A DNA stretch of 64,000 nucleotides from Octopus vulgaris (GCA_951406725.2 OX597834.1:20150001-20214000); one strand, 5' to 3'. Shown: positions 15,225-28,109, counted from the first letter of the stretch. The notes: a model not told the origin generated them from the sequence alone. Translations and numbers: made by a program.

Positions 15225-15343
15225 TTGTGAGAGCAGTCAAGTTTATTTCAGACTTTCTCATTTTAAAAGTCCTCTCCAGCTAATCGTTGAGAGGATTTTA
15301 GTGTTGCCTTGGCAGAGGTTTGCACTCTCTGAGTGCTCTTGTT
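15225..15343 (-). mobile_element. 5' fragment of a Helentron/HINE-like repeat
   Basis: Reverse complement ACAAGAGCACTCAGAGAGTGCAAACCTCTGCCAAGGC..GTCTGAAATAAACTTGACTGCTCTCACAAA matches 59077-59310. Confidence 0.5.
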
Positions 15344-15467
15344 ATTATTATTATCATTAAGACGGCAAGCTGGCAGAATTGTTTGCATACTGGGCATTGT
15401 GAGTTCAAGTCTTGCCAAGATCATCCTTGCTTTTCAGCCTTTCCAGGTTGATAAATTATGTACCAGT

Positions 15468-15819
15468 GGAGTGGAAGCACTCCGTCGGTTACGACGACGA
15501 GGGTTCCGGTTGATCCGAATCAACGGAACAGCCTGCTCGAGAAATTAACGTGTAAGTGGCTGAGCACTCCACAGACACGTGTACCCTTAACGTAGTTCTC
15601 GGGATATTCAGCGTGACACAGAGAAAACAGGAAGTAAGAGTGAGAGAAAGTTGTGGTGAAAGAGTACAGCAGGGATCACCACCATCCCCCTGCCGGAGCC
15701 TCGTGGAGCTTTAGGTGTTTTCGCTCAATAAACACTCACAACGCCCGGTCTGGGAATCGAAACTGCGATACTATGACCGCGAGTCCGCTGCCCTAGCCAC
15801 TGGGCCATTGCGCCTCCAC
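15468..15819 (-). mobile_element. tRNA-derived SINE family C, full length, 9-bp TSD
   Basis: Minus head GTGGAGGCGCAATGGCCCAGTGGCTAGGGCAGCGGACTCGCGG..GTTTCGATTCCC. TGTACCAGT is duplicated at 15459-15467 and 15820-15828. CpG-rich (young) and inserted into a family A copy. Confidence 0.85.
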
Positions 15820-16118
15820 TGTACCAGTAAGACAGTGAGGTCATTGTAATCCACTAATCCCTTCCACCAAAACTTCAGACTTTGTGCCTATAGTAGCTGG
15901 CAGAATTGTTAGCATGCTGGGCATTGTAAGTTCAAGTCTTGCCTTTCATCTTTTCTCAGTTTATTAAATAATGAACCAGTTGCATAGTGAGGTGTTTGTG
16001 CATGTGTGTCTTCTTGTCTCAATCTCAAGCAAGAGATACAGTCACTGTTCCCATCATGCAAGCAGTGTCATCCACTTTCAGTCTTCTATGTATACAAGTC
16101 TAATCAGAGAATATATTA

Positions 16119-16351
16119 CCTATTTCTTTACTACCCACAAGGGGCTAAACACAGAAAGGACAAACAAGGACAGACAAACGGATTAAGTCGATTATATCGA
16201 CCCCAGTGCGTAACTGGTACTTATTTAATCGACCCCGGAAGGATGAAAGGCAAAGTCGACCTCCGTGGAATTTGAACTCAGAACGTAGCGGCAGACGAAA
16301 TACCGCTAAGCATTTAGCCCGGCGCGCTAACATTTCTGCCAGCTCACCGCC
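16119..16351 (-). mobile_element. SINE family A, full length
   Basis: Reverse-complement match to 1531-1763. Confidence 0.85.
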
Positions 16352-16469
16352 AGAGAATATATTACCTGGACTGGAAACAGCCAAGGGTTGGTAACTGAAA
16401 GAGCATCCGGGCTGTAGAAAAATCTGCCTCCAACAAATTTTGATTCATGCAAGTGGAAGATAAACCAAT

Positions 16470-16695
16470 GGCAATGATGATGATGATGATGATGGTGGTG
16501 ATTGTGGTGGTGGTGGTGGTGGTGGTGGTGGTGGTGGTGATGGCGGCGGTGGTAGTGATGGTGGTGGTGGTGGTGGTGGTGGTGATGCTGGTGGTGGTGG
16601 TGGTAGTGATGGTGGTAGTGATGCTGGTGGTGGCGATGGTGGGTCTTGTGATAATGATGATGATGACGATGATGATGATGACGATGATGATGAGG
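16470..16695. repeat. (GGT/GAT)n trinucleotide tract
   Basis: Seen directly; gives poly-His/Pro/Val pseudo-ORFs. Confidence 0.9.
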
Positions 16696-16832
16696 ACACC
16701 TTCGCTTTGGATAACACACGTTAAAATTTCCTGCTTTCTTTCCTCTCCTGCATCTTTGAGATATCTTCAGAATTACCAAGTACTTACAAACATCAAGACA
16801 ACAATGAAACAGCAGCCATTTTGGACACTTTA

Positions 16833-16868
<36 letters not shown>

Positions 16869-17607
16869 AATATCCACTTCGTATAGCTATAAATAATTAC
16901 CTTATGAAGGTATACATTTTCTCTTACATTTGAGCCACAGAAAGACTTTAATATTTGATAACTGTTATATTATCTAGAAATTCTCATCCAAAATATTACT
17001 CCACCATTTTTCTTAAATTTATACTTTATATAATTTTCCTCAGTTATTTCCAGGATATTTTCCCCCAATGTCATCCATAGACTATGTATTATCATAATTT
17101 GTGATACCAATTCCTCTTACTATTTTGAAATTGTCGATATTCCTTTTATTGTTTGGTGATGATAGTGTGGAAAGAAATCTGTAACCACCTTGTCACACCC
17201 CTAGGAACTGTCTGGAAAATTCCACAGGATGTTGTATAATTAGGGGTATTAATTGTTGATTTAGAAGAGTTAATAATACCAGTCTGTCTGTTACAGACAC
17301 ACGCACACACGCTCTCTCTCTCTCTCTTTTTCTCTTTTTCATTCAGTCTGTCTATCTTTCGACATGACCATCTATCAATCAGTTTATTTAGCTCTCTGAG
17401 TGTATACCTACCTCTCTGCTGTCAGCTTGTCAGTCTTCCTATGAATCTAACTATCTAGGTATCTATTTACCAATAAGTCTATCTGTCAATCTATGTAATT
17501 AGGTATCGATTTATTTATTTATCAGTGTATCACACTATCTCTCAGTCTATCTATCTATTTATCTATCTATCTAGCTAGCTGTTTATCTAGCTGTCTATCT
17601 ATTTATC

Positions 17608-17950
17608 TGTTTCCGCCTCGACTGGCTTCTGTGTCAGTGGCACGTAAAAAGCACCATCCGAATCGTGGCCGAAGCCAGTGCCGCCTCAACTGGCTTCCGT
17701 GCCGGTGGCACGTAAAATGCACCAATCCGACCGTGGCCGATGCCAGCCTCGCCTGGCACCAGTGCAGGTGGCATGTAAAAAGCACCCACTACACTCACGG
17801 AGTGGTTGGTGTTAGGAAGGGCATCAAGCTGTAGAAACATTGCCAGATAAGACCGGAGCCTGGTGCAGCCTTCTTGCTTCCCAGATCCCCGGTCGAACTG
17901 TCCAACCCATGCTAGCATGGAGAACAGACGTTAAACGATGATGATGATGA

Positions 17951-17955
<5 letters not shown>
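17608..17955 (+). mobile_element. RTE LINE 3' UTR/tail copy (family D)
   Basis: Repeated GTGGCACGTAAAAAGCACC modules, GAGTGGTTGGTGTTAGGAAGGGCATC, CCAACCCATGCTAGCATGG, (GAT)n tail. Matches 31640-31950. Confidence 0.8.
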
Positions 17956-17985
<30 letters not shown>

Positions 17986-18514
17986 CATATACATATATAT
18001 ATATAATTTATCAGCATGGCCGCAGCTCTGAGCTGAAACTAGAAAGAAAAAGAAAAAAGAAATATCAATTTATCTATTTATAAACCTCCCTGTCTTTCCC
18101 TGTGTCAGTCTGTCTGTTTGTCCTATACACCACAATTTCATGCTCATCTGCTGATATTAAACTAATCGTTTCTAACACGATAATCTCTGGGTTTTTTTGT
18201 GTTTTTTTTTATTATGTCTCATTTGCTTTGCTGCTTTTAAATATTGTTCTTCAAATTTAAAAATAAAAATAAGCTGCTCCAAAGGCCCCAAGATTCCTGT
18301 TGTTGCAATAGAATCACATGATGGAGATTTCCAATGGAATCAATCTTGTTCTACAATTGGACAGTGAATTCTTTGACAGAGATTAAAATGTAATACTTGT
18401 CTTTGGGGAAGAGGGAGAGAGAGAGTGGAGTAAAGGTGTTGAATAGTTGTGGATAGTGTGTGTATGTCAGTATGTGTGTTTGCACATAAATATATATATA
18501 CATACATGTGTGTA

Positions 18515-18582
<68 letters not shown>

Positions 18583-18774
18583 AGATTGCCGTCAATTCAT
18601 TCTCTCTTACCTGTTTGTGTCTGCCTTCCAATTGCTGTGTTTTTACTGAGATCTCCCTTTTTAGTAAAAGAAATAGCTATAACTCTTTGACTGCTATTTC
18701 TAAATTCGGTCTGTGGTAAGGCAATTCGTTGCTAAACCCTTTATTGCTTAGTATATATATATATATATATATAT

Positions 18775-19093
18775 CAGGGTGTGATGGGTAAATTGTCACT
18801 ATTTTATATTTTTAATTTCATACATGCACGTTTTTTTAATTTTATTTTATTGACTACACAGTATAGTAGGGTCAGTTGGGCATTGTCTGTGAGAAAAACA
18901 GCACCATGACGCAATTCATTCTGTTCTGCAAGAAACTTGGAAATGACATGCTGTACTGCTTGACATTCATGCCAAAAGTTCTAATACAGACATTTCAGAG
19001 TGTTTGGGTATCAATCTGAGAACATGTACCGAGAATGATAAAAATCAAACATCCAGTCAACATCATGGTGTCTGGAGTGATCACTAGTGATGG
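18775..19093 (+). mobile_element. Internally deleted Tc1/mariner (maT-like) element, 5' part
   Basis: After (TA)n: CAGGGTGTGATGGGTAAATTGTCAC terminus. Residual peptides HAVLLDIHAKSSNTDISECLGINLRT (HTH-like) and IKHPVNIMVSGVITSDG (HPxSVMV..G motif). Confidence 0.65.
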
Positions 19094-19338
19094 ACTTATT
19101 TTTTTGTAAGCCTAGTACTTATTCTATCGGTCTCTTTTTGCCGAACCGCTAAGTGACGGGGACGTAAACACACCAGCATCAGTTGTCAAGCAATGCTAGG
19201 GGAACAAACACAGACACACAAACACACACACATATATACATATATATACATATATACGACAGGCTTCTTTCAGTTTCCGTCTACCAAATCCACTCACAAG
19301 GCATTATATATGTTTCTGTGTTTGAATGCTTATTTACA

Positions 19339-19562
19339 CAGGGTGACCCAAAAATAGGTTTACAGTTATTTAACTATCACTTTTGCATTCATATATTAAC
19401 GTTTTAGACATTAATTATAAAAAAATATGAAACAATTATTCTATGCTAATTTAGTTAATTTTCTCAAGCTCCCTTTTTAGTTTGTAAGATAGAAATTTTA
19501 ATGTAGTGAAATGTTTTAAAGTGCCTATATGATAACGGTAAACCTACTTATGGGCCACCCTG
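19339..19562. mobile_element. Tc1/mariner-type MITE
   Basis: ~30-bp TIRs CAGGGTGACCCAAAAATAGGTTTACAGTTAT / ATAACGGTAAACCTACTTATGGGCCACCCTG, followed by TA. Confidence 0.8.
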
Positions 19563-20727
19563 TATATGTGCAAACTTCACCAAATATAAATGTGTTTGCA
19601 TTTTTGTGTCAGTCCATGTGTGTGAGCATGCTTTTGAGTATATGTGTGCAGTGTTTATGATTGAGCAATACGTATAAATGTATAGATATTTGAGCATATG
19701 TGCACATGAATGCATGTTTTTGAGTACATATGTGTATTCATGTATGTGTGTGTGCTTGAATACCTGTATGTGTTTTAGTGTGTGTTAACATGAGATTGAT
19801 TGTGTGTTTGCGTATGTGTTTATGAATGAGCGTGTATGAATACATATATTATCAAACATGCATGCGTGCGTGCAATTGCATGTTTGTTTTCATGCATGCG
19901 TGCTTGTGTAAGCATGTACCTGTGTGCATGTGTATGCGTGAATTGGAATGAATGTCACCAGAAGCCATTGTTTCCATAGAAACCAGATTCAGTATTCCAC
20001 TAAGACAATACTGGAAACAAATCCTGACTTAATACAACCAAAATGAATTATAATCCTAGAAATTTGAATTTCAACAAAAAACTAACAAAATAAAATAAAA
20101 CATAATAAGTAGGAATCAGTGGAAGAAAAATAATAAAAAACAAAATACAGCACAAAGATTTTTGTTTTTATTCATATTTAAAATTTTTTAAAATTTTTTA
20201 ATTTCTTTTTTTTTTTCTTTATCATGGGTGTGTAGAGTCTGAATTATATATCCCTATTTATCTAGTTCTGCCCCTTTTTTTCCTTTTCCACCCTTATTCC
20301 TGCTCCCTGTTTTTTTTTTAACCATTTTATATTTACTTTCTATCATTTTCACTTTTTTGTTTGTTTATATTTTTTATAATTATTGTTATTGTTGTTACTG
20401 CTGTTGTTTTGTATTTTTCTTTTGGCCAAATTTATATATATATATATATCTTTGGTTTCTCTTTGTTTTTGCTTCATTTATTATTTTTTTGTTTTCCCTA
20501 CCTCATTGTTTGATTTTCTTTTTAGAACCCCGTTTTGTTTTCAAGAATTTCTTTTAGAATTTTCTTGTAATTCTTCAGAATTTACAAACACACACATCCA
20601 AGTTTATATATATACACACACACCTATATGTTCACACTAACACACAAAAGCATGCACATATATACATACAAAGATACACACATAGATATATATAAATGGA
20701 TATATATATACACACACATATATTTAT

Positions 20728-20769
<42 letters not shown>

Positions 20770-20809
20770 GCAGGCATACATATACATACATATATACATG
20801 CACACATAT

Positions 20810-20854
<45 letters not shown>

Positions 20855-21222
20855 TATGTGTGTATGTATTTATGTATATCCTTTTAATGCCATTTCATTT
20901 TTCATGAGTTCATATTACGTTGATCTGATACGGAGAAAAAAGCCCAAAAAATAAAAAAATTGTAAGTCCCACATAAAGTTTTTTTAATAGTTTCCAACAT
21001 TCGTCTAATAACAGTCTTACTGATACTTCATCGCTTCTATCCGTTAGCCACCTACGTTCCCGCTGCCTCCACCTCCTTTTACCACACCACACTTATTCTT
21101 GCTCTTACCGTCTAATATATCTTTGGAAAAATCTCCTCGTTTGTCTGCTATAAACTGCCTATTATCAACGTCTGGGTTGACGCTACTTAATGTTCACTGA
21201 ATCATTATGGAACTGATTGCAT

Positions 21223-21249
21223 AGTAATAATAATAATAATAACAATAAA

Positions 21250-21335
<86 letters not shown>

Positions 21336-21340
21336 CAGCA
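21223..21340. repeat. (AAT)n microsatellite
   Basis: Seen directly. Confidence 0.95.
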
Positions 21341-21919
21341 ATGGTAGTATTAATATTAATAATGTTTAATATCCCCTCTCTTCAAGAGAGTGCTTGTGGT
21401 TAACTGGCAATCATCTCTCTGCTCCATCCACCTTTTCACCTGCCACCTATAATGATAATACTCTGACTCATCTGCTGCCCTTGTTCTACTCCACCATCTG
21501 CTTTTCTGAAAAGAAAAAGGAAAAATAGTTTCTGTCGCAGGTGAATATTTGGTTTTTCACATCTGTGTTTCCATGCTAGTAAGAGTTAGGTGGATACATA
21601 TTGTTGAAGCAGTGTATTTACAATCAAATGCCTTTCTTGTCATGAACATTTTTTCTTTGTTGTTTAGTAAAGCATTTTTTTTTTGTGGGTGGCGGGGGGG
21701 GCGTTCAAACATCCTTGAAAAATGAACACAGAAACAGCAAATGACCAGTCGACGAGGAAATGTCAACTAATGTCATAACAGCTCAGCGCTTATTCCATGT
21801 GAAGCAAAAGCGGTAAACATTGACAGAGACATGCACGTGTGCATATACATCTTGTTTGTTTGTGTGTGTGTGTATATGTGTGTGTAGATGATCCCACACA
21901 AGTAATAAACTTCCAGTTA

Positions 21920-21923
21920 TATG

Positions 21924-21967
<44 letters not shown>

Positions 21968-22220
21968 TTAGCATCTGCTTTCCATGCTGGCATGGGTTGG
22001 ATGGTTTGACTGGAACTGGTAAGCCGGGGAGCTGCACCAGGTTTCAGCCTGATTCGGCATGGTTTCTATGGTAGGATGCCCTTCCTAATGCAAACCACTC
22101 CAAGAGTGTAATGGGTCCTTTTTTTATGTGCCACTAGTACATGTGCCAGTTGCAGGACTCTGGCATTGGCCACAATTACAATTTCACTTGGCTTGACCAG
22201 TTTTCTCAAGCACAGTATAT
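21920..22220 (-). mobile_element. RTE 3' tail copy (family D)
   Basis: (CAT)n + TTCCATGCTGGCATGGGTTGGATGG..GGATGCCCTTCCTAATGC. Confidence 0.75.
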
Positions 22221-22400
22221 GACCAAATATAAAAAAGAATTTTCAGGGACAATAGTGGTTTATTGAGATGGAAGGTTGTGAATTTTTTCCTTATTGAAGT
22301 GCAATAAGTTATTTTTATACTTCATGGTAGGCAACCAGAGTTACTAGATTTGTGAATAAGAACACAAGAGTTGAGAAATGGAGTAAATAAGATCCAGGCT

Positions 22401-22582
22401 GGCCTTTTGGCTAAGATCAAAGTATAGTATCTGTTCTTATCAGCTTAATATCTGATACGGTTCCTATTTGGGACCATCAATATTAAACTGATTTTTAGAA
22501 TGAGGCGAAGAGTTAGGGGCTTGCTCCGCCTTTGCCATGGGTTGGCCTGGTATAGCAGTACTTCCAGGATTCAGCCCACCCT
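22401..22582 (+). pseudogene. RNU2: U2 snRNA pseudogene/retrocopy
   Basis: GGCCTTTTGGCTAAGATCAAAGTATAGTATCTGTTCTTATCAGCTTAATATCTGATACG matches the U2 5' half. Sm-like ATTTTTAG, GGGGCTTGCTCC stem III and CCTGG-TATAGCAGTACTT-CCAGG stem-loop IV follow. The first ~10 nt do not match, and the branch-recognition GTAGTA reads ATAGTA. Confidence 0.9.
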
Positions 22583-22589
22583 AGGAATG

Positions 22590-22660
22590 GCAGTGCCCCA
22601 CCATGGCCACAGCTTGTGAGCTGAAACTAGATAAAATAAATAAATAAAATAAATAAAATA
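22590..22660 (+). mobile_element. SINE/LINE-type 3' tail plus A-rich run directly after U2
   Basis: GCAGTGCCCCACCATGGCCACAGCTTGTGAGCTGAAACTAG(ATAAA)n. The same tail occurs at 18012-18060 (+) and 8203-8246 (-), and is related to the family B tail. Confidence 0.75.
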
Positions 22661-22849
22661 TTTCATAGAGAGCAGAACCTCGGAGGTGGTAAATATCAAA
22701 GCGAGGTGTGAACCGTAGGCTACTCCTCAGGCCAAGGATATCTTGATTAAATGAAAGTTTACATTGTCGCAAGGAGGTACATGTTAACACATAGAAGATT
22801 AAATCATGATTGAACACTAACTCCAAATTTTTTTTACTCTCTTTTCTTT

Positions 22850-23165
22850 TTTGTTTTATTCTCTCTCTGTTTATTTCTTCATGTTCCTTTCAGATGAAGA
22901 GCATAGGCTCAGAGTGTAAACAACTTTCTCATCTTTTGAGTATCAAACTAGAACACCAGCTTGTTGTTCATACACCTGTCTTCATCTTTTACTTTTCTGT
23001 AAATTTCAACTATATATATATATTCCGTCTTCCCTTCTCTGGATCTTTCCTTTTCCTATGTTTTTGATGAAGAGCTCTGCTTGAAACGATATATATAATA
23101 CTATATTTGTTCCACGTCCTCGCATTGTCGTGTTTTCTCTTTATGTTTTCATGTTTAGATTAACT
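22850..23165 (+). mobile_element. Penelope-like repeat fragments with degenerate hammerhead-like cores
   Basis: CAGATGAAGAGCATAGGCTC (22891) and TTGATGAAGAGCTCTGCTTGAAAC (23064). Related copies at 46349-46500 (+) and 29611-29698 (-). Confidence 0.5.
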
Positions 23166-23189
23166 ATATATATATATATATATATATAT

Positions 23190-23398
23190 CTGAGGGGCTG
23201 CTGAAAGTTCCTGGCCTTAAGGGTATTGCAAAAGGACTGATTGGAGGCCCAACATTCCAAGTTCTTTTAAAGGGCTTAGAAAAACTGAAGGACCACTGCC
23301 ATAGGTGTGTGAATCTGAGAGAAGAATATGTTGAATAAAATCATAATTAACTGATCCTCCTGAATTTTCTTTTACCCAAAGCGAAGAACTTTTCACAC
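23190..23398 (+). mobile_element. Mariner-derived MITE retaining the transposase C-terminus
   Basis: Termini GAGGGGCTGCTGAAAGTTCCTGGC / GCGAAGAACTTTTCA. Internal ..[21 protein letters not shown] resembles the mariner end (..CV..GxYxE*). Confidence 0.7.
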
Positions 23399-23406
23399 AT
23401 ACATAC

Positions 23407-23481
<75 letters not shown>

Positions 23482-23510
23482 CATATATATATATATATAT
23501 ATACATATAT

Positions 23511-23563
<53 letters not shown>

Positions 23564-23929
23564 CATACACACACACAAAACTCTAAATGAAGTCCAACAT
23601 ACAAATTTCATTTCCTGTCTCTTTGATAGTAACTGATTGATTCACAAGTTCTGAAGCATTGTCTGAGAGACTTATTAGCAATATGTAATATTTTTCAAAC
23701 GAAACAAAACTAAGCAACAATGGGGAAGATTTATCAGTGGATTTGGAGGAAATTAAGTAGAAGATAGGAATTAGCTATTACAGATGGAAATTAGTGAGGA
23801 AAAACCAGTTAAGAGTTCTGTCTGTTTAAGTATTAATATCAATGTGGTGTTGCAGCTTTGTAAGAGAGAGGTGGTCAAAGTGGATGATGTGTGGAGTGGG
23901 GGGAAAATTGTTGTGTTTGATGCTGTCGT

Positions 23930-24131
23930 CGCCATCATCATCATCATCATCATCACATTCATCATCATCAAATTCATCATCATCATCATCATCATCAAAT
24001 TCATTATCATCATCATCATCACATTCATCATCATCGTCATCATCATCACATTCATCATCATCATCATCATCATCATCACATTCATCATCATCAACATCAT
24101 CACATTCATCATCATCGTCATCATCATCACA

Positions 24132-24168
<37 letters not shown>

Positions 24169-24204
24169 CATTCATCATCATTGCCATCAGTGTCGCCCTC
24201 ATTG

Positions 24205-24239
<35 letters not shown>

Positions 24240-24323
24240 GTCATCATCATCGTCATTATCATTGTCATCACATTCATCATCATCATCATCATCACATTCA
24301 TCATCATCGTCATCATCATCACA

Positions 24324-24360
<37 letters not shown>

Positions 24361-24399
24361 CATTCATCATCATCAACATCATCATTGCCCTCAGTGTCG

Positions 24400-24434
<35 letters not shown>

Positions 24435-24672
24435 GTCATTATCATTGTCATCACCATTGTCATCATCGTCATCATTATCATCATTGTCAATGCCTTCATC
24501 CTTATCATCATTATTGTCAATGCCCTTATCGTCATCATCATCATCATCCTTATCATCACAGCCATCATCATAATTGTCGTTGTTGTTGTTGTCATTGTCA
24601 TCATTACAGCCATCATCATTAATACTGTCATCATCGTCGTTATCATTATTACTCCCATCATCATCATCATCA
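23930..24672. repeat. Complex (CAT)n trinucleotide array with recurring CACATT and CGT interruptions
   Basis: Seen directly; source of the 361-, 300- and 243-aa homopolymer ORFs. Confidence 0.95.
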
Positions 24673-26091
24673 ACAGCTTAGTAGCGGAGGCGATGGTGGT
24701 GATACTAGTGATAACGGTGATGGTGATACTGGCAATGGTAGAGGTGGTGCTAAGGGTTATTGGTGTTGATGATGGTGGTGGTGGTGGTGATGGTGGTGTT
24801 ATTGTTGCTGTTGTTGTTGTTGGTGGTGGTGGAGCTAATGCTAGTCAATGCCATCAATTTTCTAAATGATTTTCATTGACATCAGCATCAGCGTCAGCAT
24901 CACTTTAATATTCATTTGCTTCTGGTACATTTTTTTTTCCTCCATTGCTGGGGGGTTTTTTCCCTTCCCCACCACTCTCGCCCACCCCCCCTCTCTCTCT
25001 CTCTCTCTCTTCGGTGCAATCCATTCCACAGAATGGTCAGAAGAATAGGAATACGATAAATGTCACACGTAAAATACACAAGTTTGGTATTGCAGGTGAA
25101 AGTTCAAGTAGCTGGAAGAGAAGAAGAGAAGTGGTTTTTGTGGTTTGCTGATCCACACAGCAAAACAGAAAAGAAAAAAACAGGGGAGAAAAAGTAAAAA
25201 ACACCAAAAAAAATAAGGAAAAGGGGGTGAAAAAAAACAAAATGACAATCCACTTCTGACTGTCCTTCACAAAAAAAAACAAAACAAAAGGTTAAGGATG
25301 ATTTGAGATTTGCAGTTCTGTGCAACAAGTGTATGTATATATGTATATGTATATGTATATACACACACACACATTCACACACACATATATGTATGTGTTT
25401 GATAAGTTCATGAGTATGTGTATATGTATATATGTGCGTGTTCAGTATGTGTGTGCATATATGTATATTTGTATGTGTTCAATATCTGTATGTATGTATA
25501 TATGCATAAATGTATATATGTATGTGTTCAATAAAAGTATACGTGTTCAGTGTGTGTGTGAGTGTGTGTGTGTTGATGTGTGTGTTATGTTTTACCATGA
25601 TGTTATCAGGAAAGAAGAGGAAATGCTAGTGACATTTGCAAATACTTTCTGACAGGTGAAACAATGCAGCTGCTGATCACCTGATCATTTGATTTCCTGG
25701 TCATTTGCAGGTAAATGTCTGCAGGACAACAACAACAAAAACAAAACCAACAACGAGGAGTCAAGAACTTTGTGTTGTCAGGAAGTAGAGTTTGTTCCCT
25801 AAATGCTTAGAAATGGAGCAAACTGATGGAATTTGTATGGAAGAGAATGTGCCGGAAGAGGAAGGGATGTCTATGGATATTCTCAAATTGATGCTGTTGT
25901 CGTTGCCGTTGTTTTTGTCATTGCTTTACCTTGCTGGCATGAGTTGGACAGAACTTTTGGTAATAGCGTTCTATAGCTGCATGAAATGAAGTGTTTTGCT
26001 CAAGAGCACAACATTCTGCTCAGTTTGAGAATTGAACCCATGATGTACACATTGTGAATGCAACACTCAAACCACTAGGCCAAACAAAATC

Positions 26092-26129
<38 letters not shown>

Positions 26130-26756
26130 CAGAAAATGTAAACAGAAAAAGTAAACAGAAAATGGAGAAATATTGATCAACAACAATTGACTAACATCAA
26201 TTATTACTTTTTAATACAAATAGACCATATCATATCTAACAGCTGTTTCTGTTTCCGATGTTCATATTTGGTAATACGTCTGATCTGAAACATGGTGCTT
26301 CAATTACTTTTTCACTTTAAATAATTGAAATCTCTTTTGCATTTGCTTTTCTTCTTCCTGGTTTTTCTCTCGTAAAACATACAGAAGCGTTATGACTTTG
26401 CATACACTGTTTTGATAATGAATTTAAGAACTTCATAAAGCCTATGTGTAGAATCATAATGATGCAATTTTAAAGAAAATGCACCAAAGTTTTCAAAAAT
26501 ATATTCACACATCCCATATTTCTTATTTTTTATAACTATATTATAATTTCATTTCTGTTTCATATTTCATAACCATTCCTTTGTGCCATTTTGTTGTCTT
26601 TAACATTTTTTTCTTTCTTTCTCTCTCTCACTCTATTGTTTTTTTTGGGGGGGTGGGGTCTGATTTGATTCATCTTTACTCTGCACTGCCATGCTAAATG
26701 TTCTTGTTCACCTCTGTTATTGGCAGACACTTTTTTCATATGATAACAATCCCTGG

Positions 26757-26791
<35 letters not shown>

Positions 26792-26890
26792 TGGAGATTT
26801 CTTTATTTAATCACTAAAGGTTTACACAAAGATGAAGGACAGTACACAACAACAACAACAGCAATAATAATAATAATGATAATGATAACA

Positions 26891-26926
<36 letters not shown>

Positions 26927-26974
26927 GTAATAATAATAACAATAACAATAATGATAACAGTAATAATAATAATA

Positions 26975-27190
26975 ACCCTTTCTATTATAGGCATGAGGCC
27001 TGAAATTTGGCAGGAAGGGGACTAGTCAATTTCATCGACCCCACTGTTTCTCTGGTACTTAATTTATCGACCCTGAAAGAATGAAAGGCAAAGTTGATCT
27101 TCGTGGAATTTGATCTCAGGACATAGCGATGGGCAAAATATCGCTAAGCATTTTGTCCAGTGCACTAACAATTCTGCCAACTCACTGCCT
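26975..27190 (-). mobile_element. SINE family A, degenerate, flanked by (AAT)n
   Basis: TTATCGACCCTGAAAGAATGAAAGGCAAAGTTGATC core. Confidence 0.7.
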
Positions 27191-27279
27191 TAATAGTGAT
27201 TATAATAATAATAATAATAATAATAATATTAATAATAACAACGTCAATGATAATAAAAGTAATAATAATAATAAAAATG

Positions 27280-27310
<31 letters not shown>

Positions 27311-27846
27311 TAGTAATAATGATAATGGTGATGAGAATGATGATGATGATCATGATCATGGTTGTAATAATGATTGCATAAAATGCTATCAAACAAACAT
27401 CAAAAGCGTCCGTTTATGTCTAATATCTAATCATGAAAAAAAAGAAGACCCCCCTATCCACCCATCCATCCACCCCCCCCGGAGCAATTATATAACAATG
27501 TGAAAACGAAAAAAAAAAATATGAGAACCAAACCTGAAAATAAAAATTACCGCCTTAGATATTTAATTGAAACTATAATGATTGCAATATTTTAAAATCC
27601 AGTAATTTTGCCTAAAAATACCTTCCAATTTCTACCCTTCTACTCAGAATTTTTGAATTACTGTTAAAAACCAAAATGAACAGAGAGGGGGATTTTTTTT
27701 GTTTTGTTATTTGTTTTTCTGGGGTTTTTTCAAGTTTATTTTCTTCATTTTTTTACCTTTTTTTCTGAGTAAAGCTATTTTATTGTAAAATCTATTCTTG
27801 TATCTTATTAGATTTTAGTTCCTTATTATCCTTCATTATTATTATG

Positions 27847-27898
<52 letters not shown>

Positions 27899-28010
27899 TT
27901 TAATGTTATTCTTCTTTTATATATACATGAATACATATACGAGTTTGTATACATGATTATACATCTATATGTATGTACACACATATATAACGTGTTTCTC
28001 ACTTTCTCAC

Positions 28011-28080
<70 letters not shown>

Positions 28081-28109
28081 GTGTGTGTGTGTACATACAT
28101 ATATATATA

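Noticed and set aside
15740-15819. tRNA gene
   Set aside because: The tRNA-like sequence is a SINE head, continuous with the SINE body and bounded by a TSD; the same applies to family A, B and E heads.
22401-22582. Functional U2 snRNA gene
   Set aside because: The 5' end does not match, the branch-recognition, Sm and loop IV motifs are altered, and a retroposon tail follows.
23771-24869. Longest ORFs (361, 300, 243 aa)
   Set aside because: Translations of (CAT)n giving poly-Ile/Met/Ser, with no domain or clear splice context.
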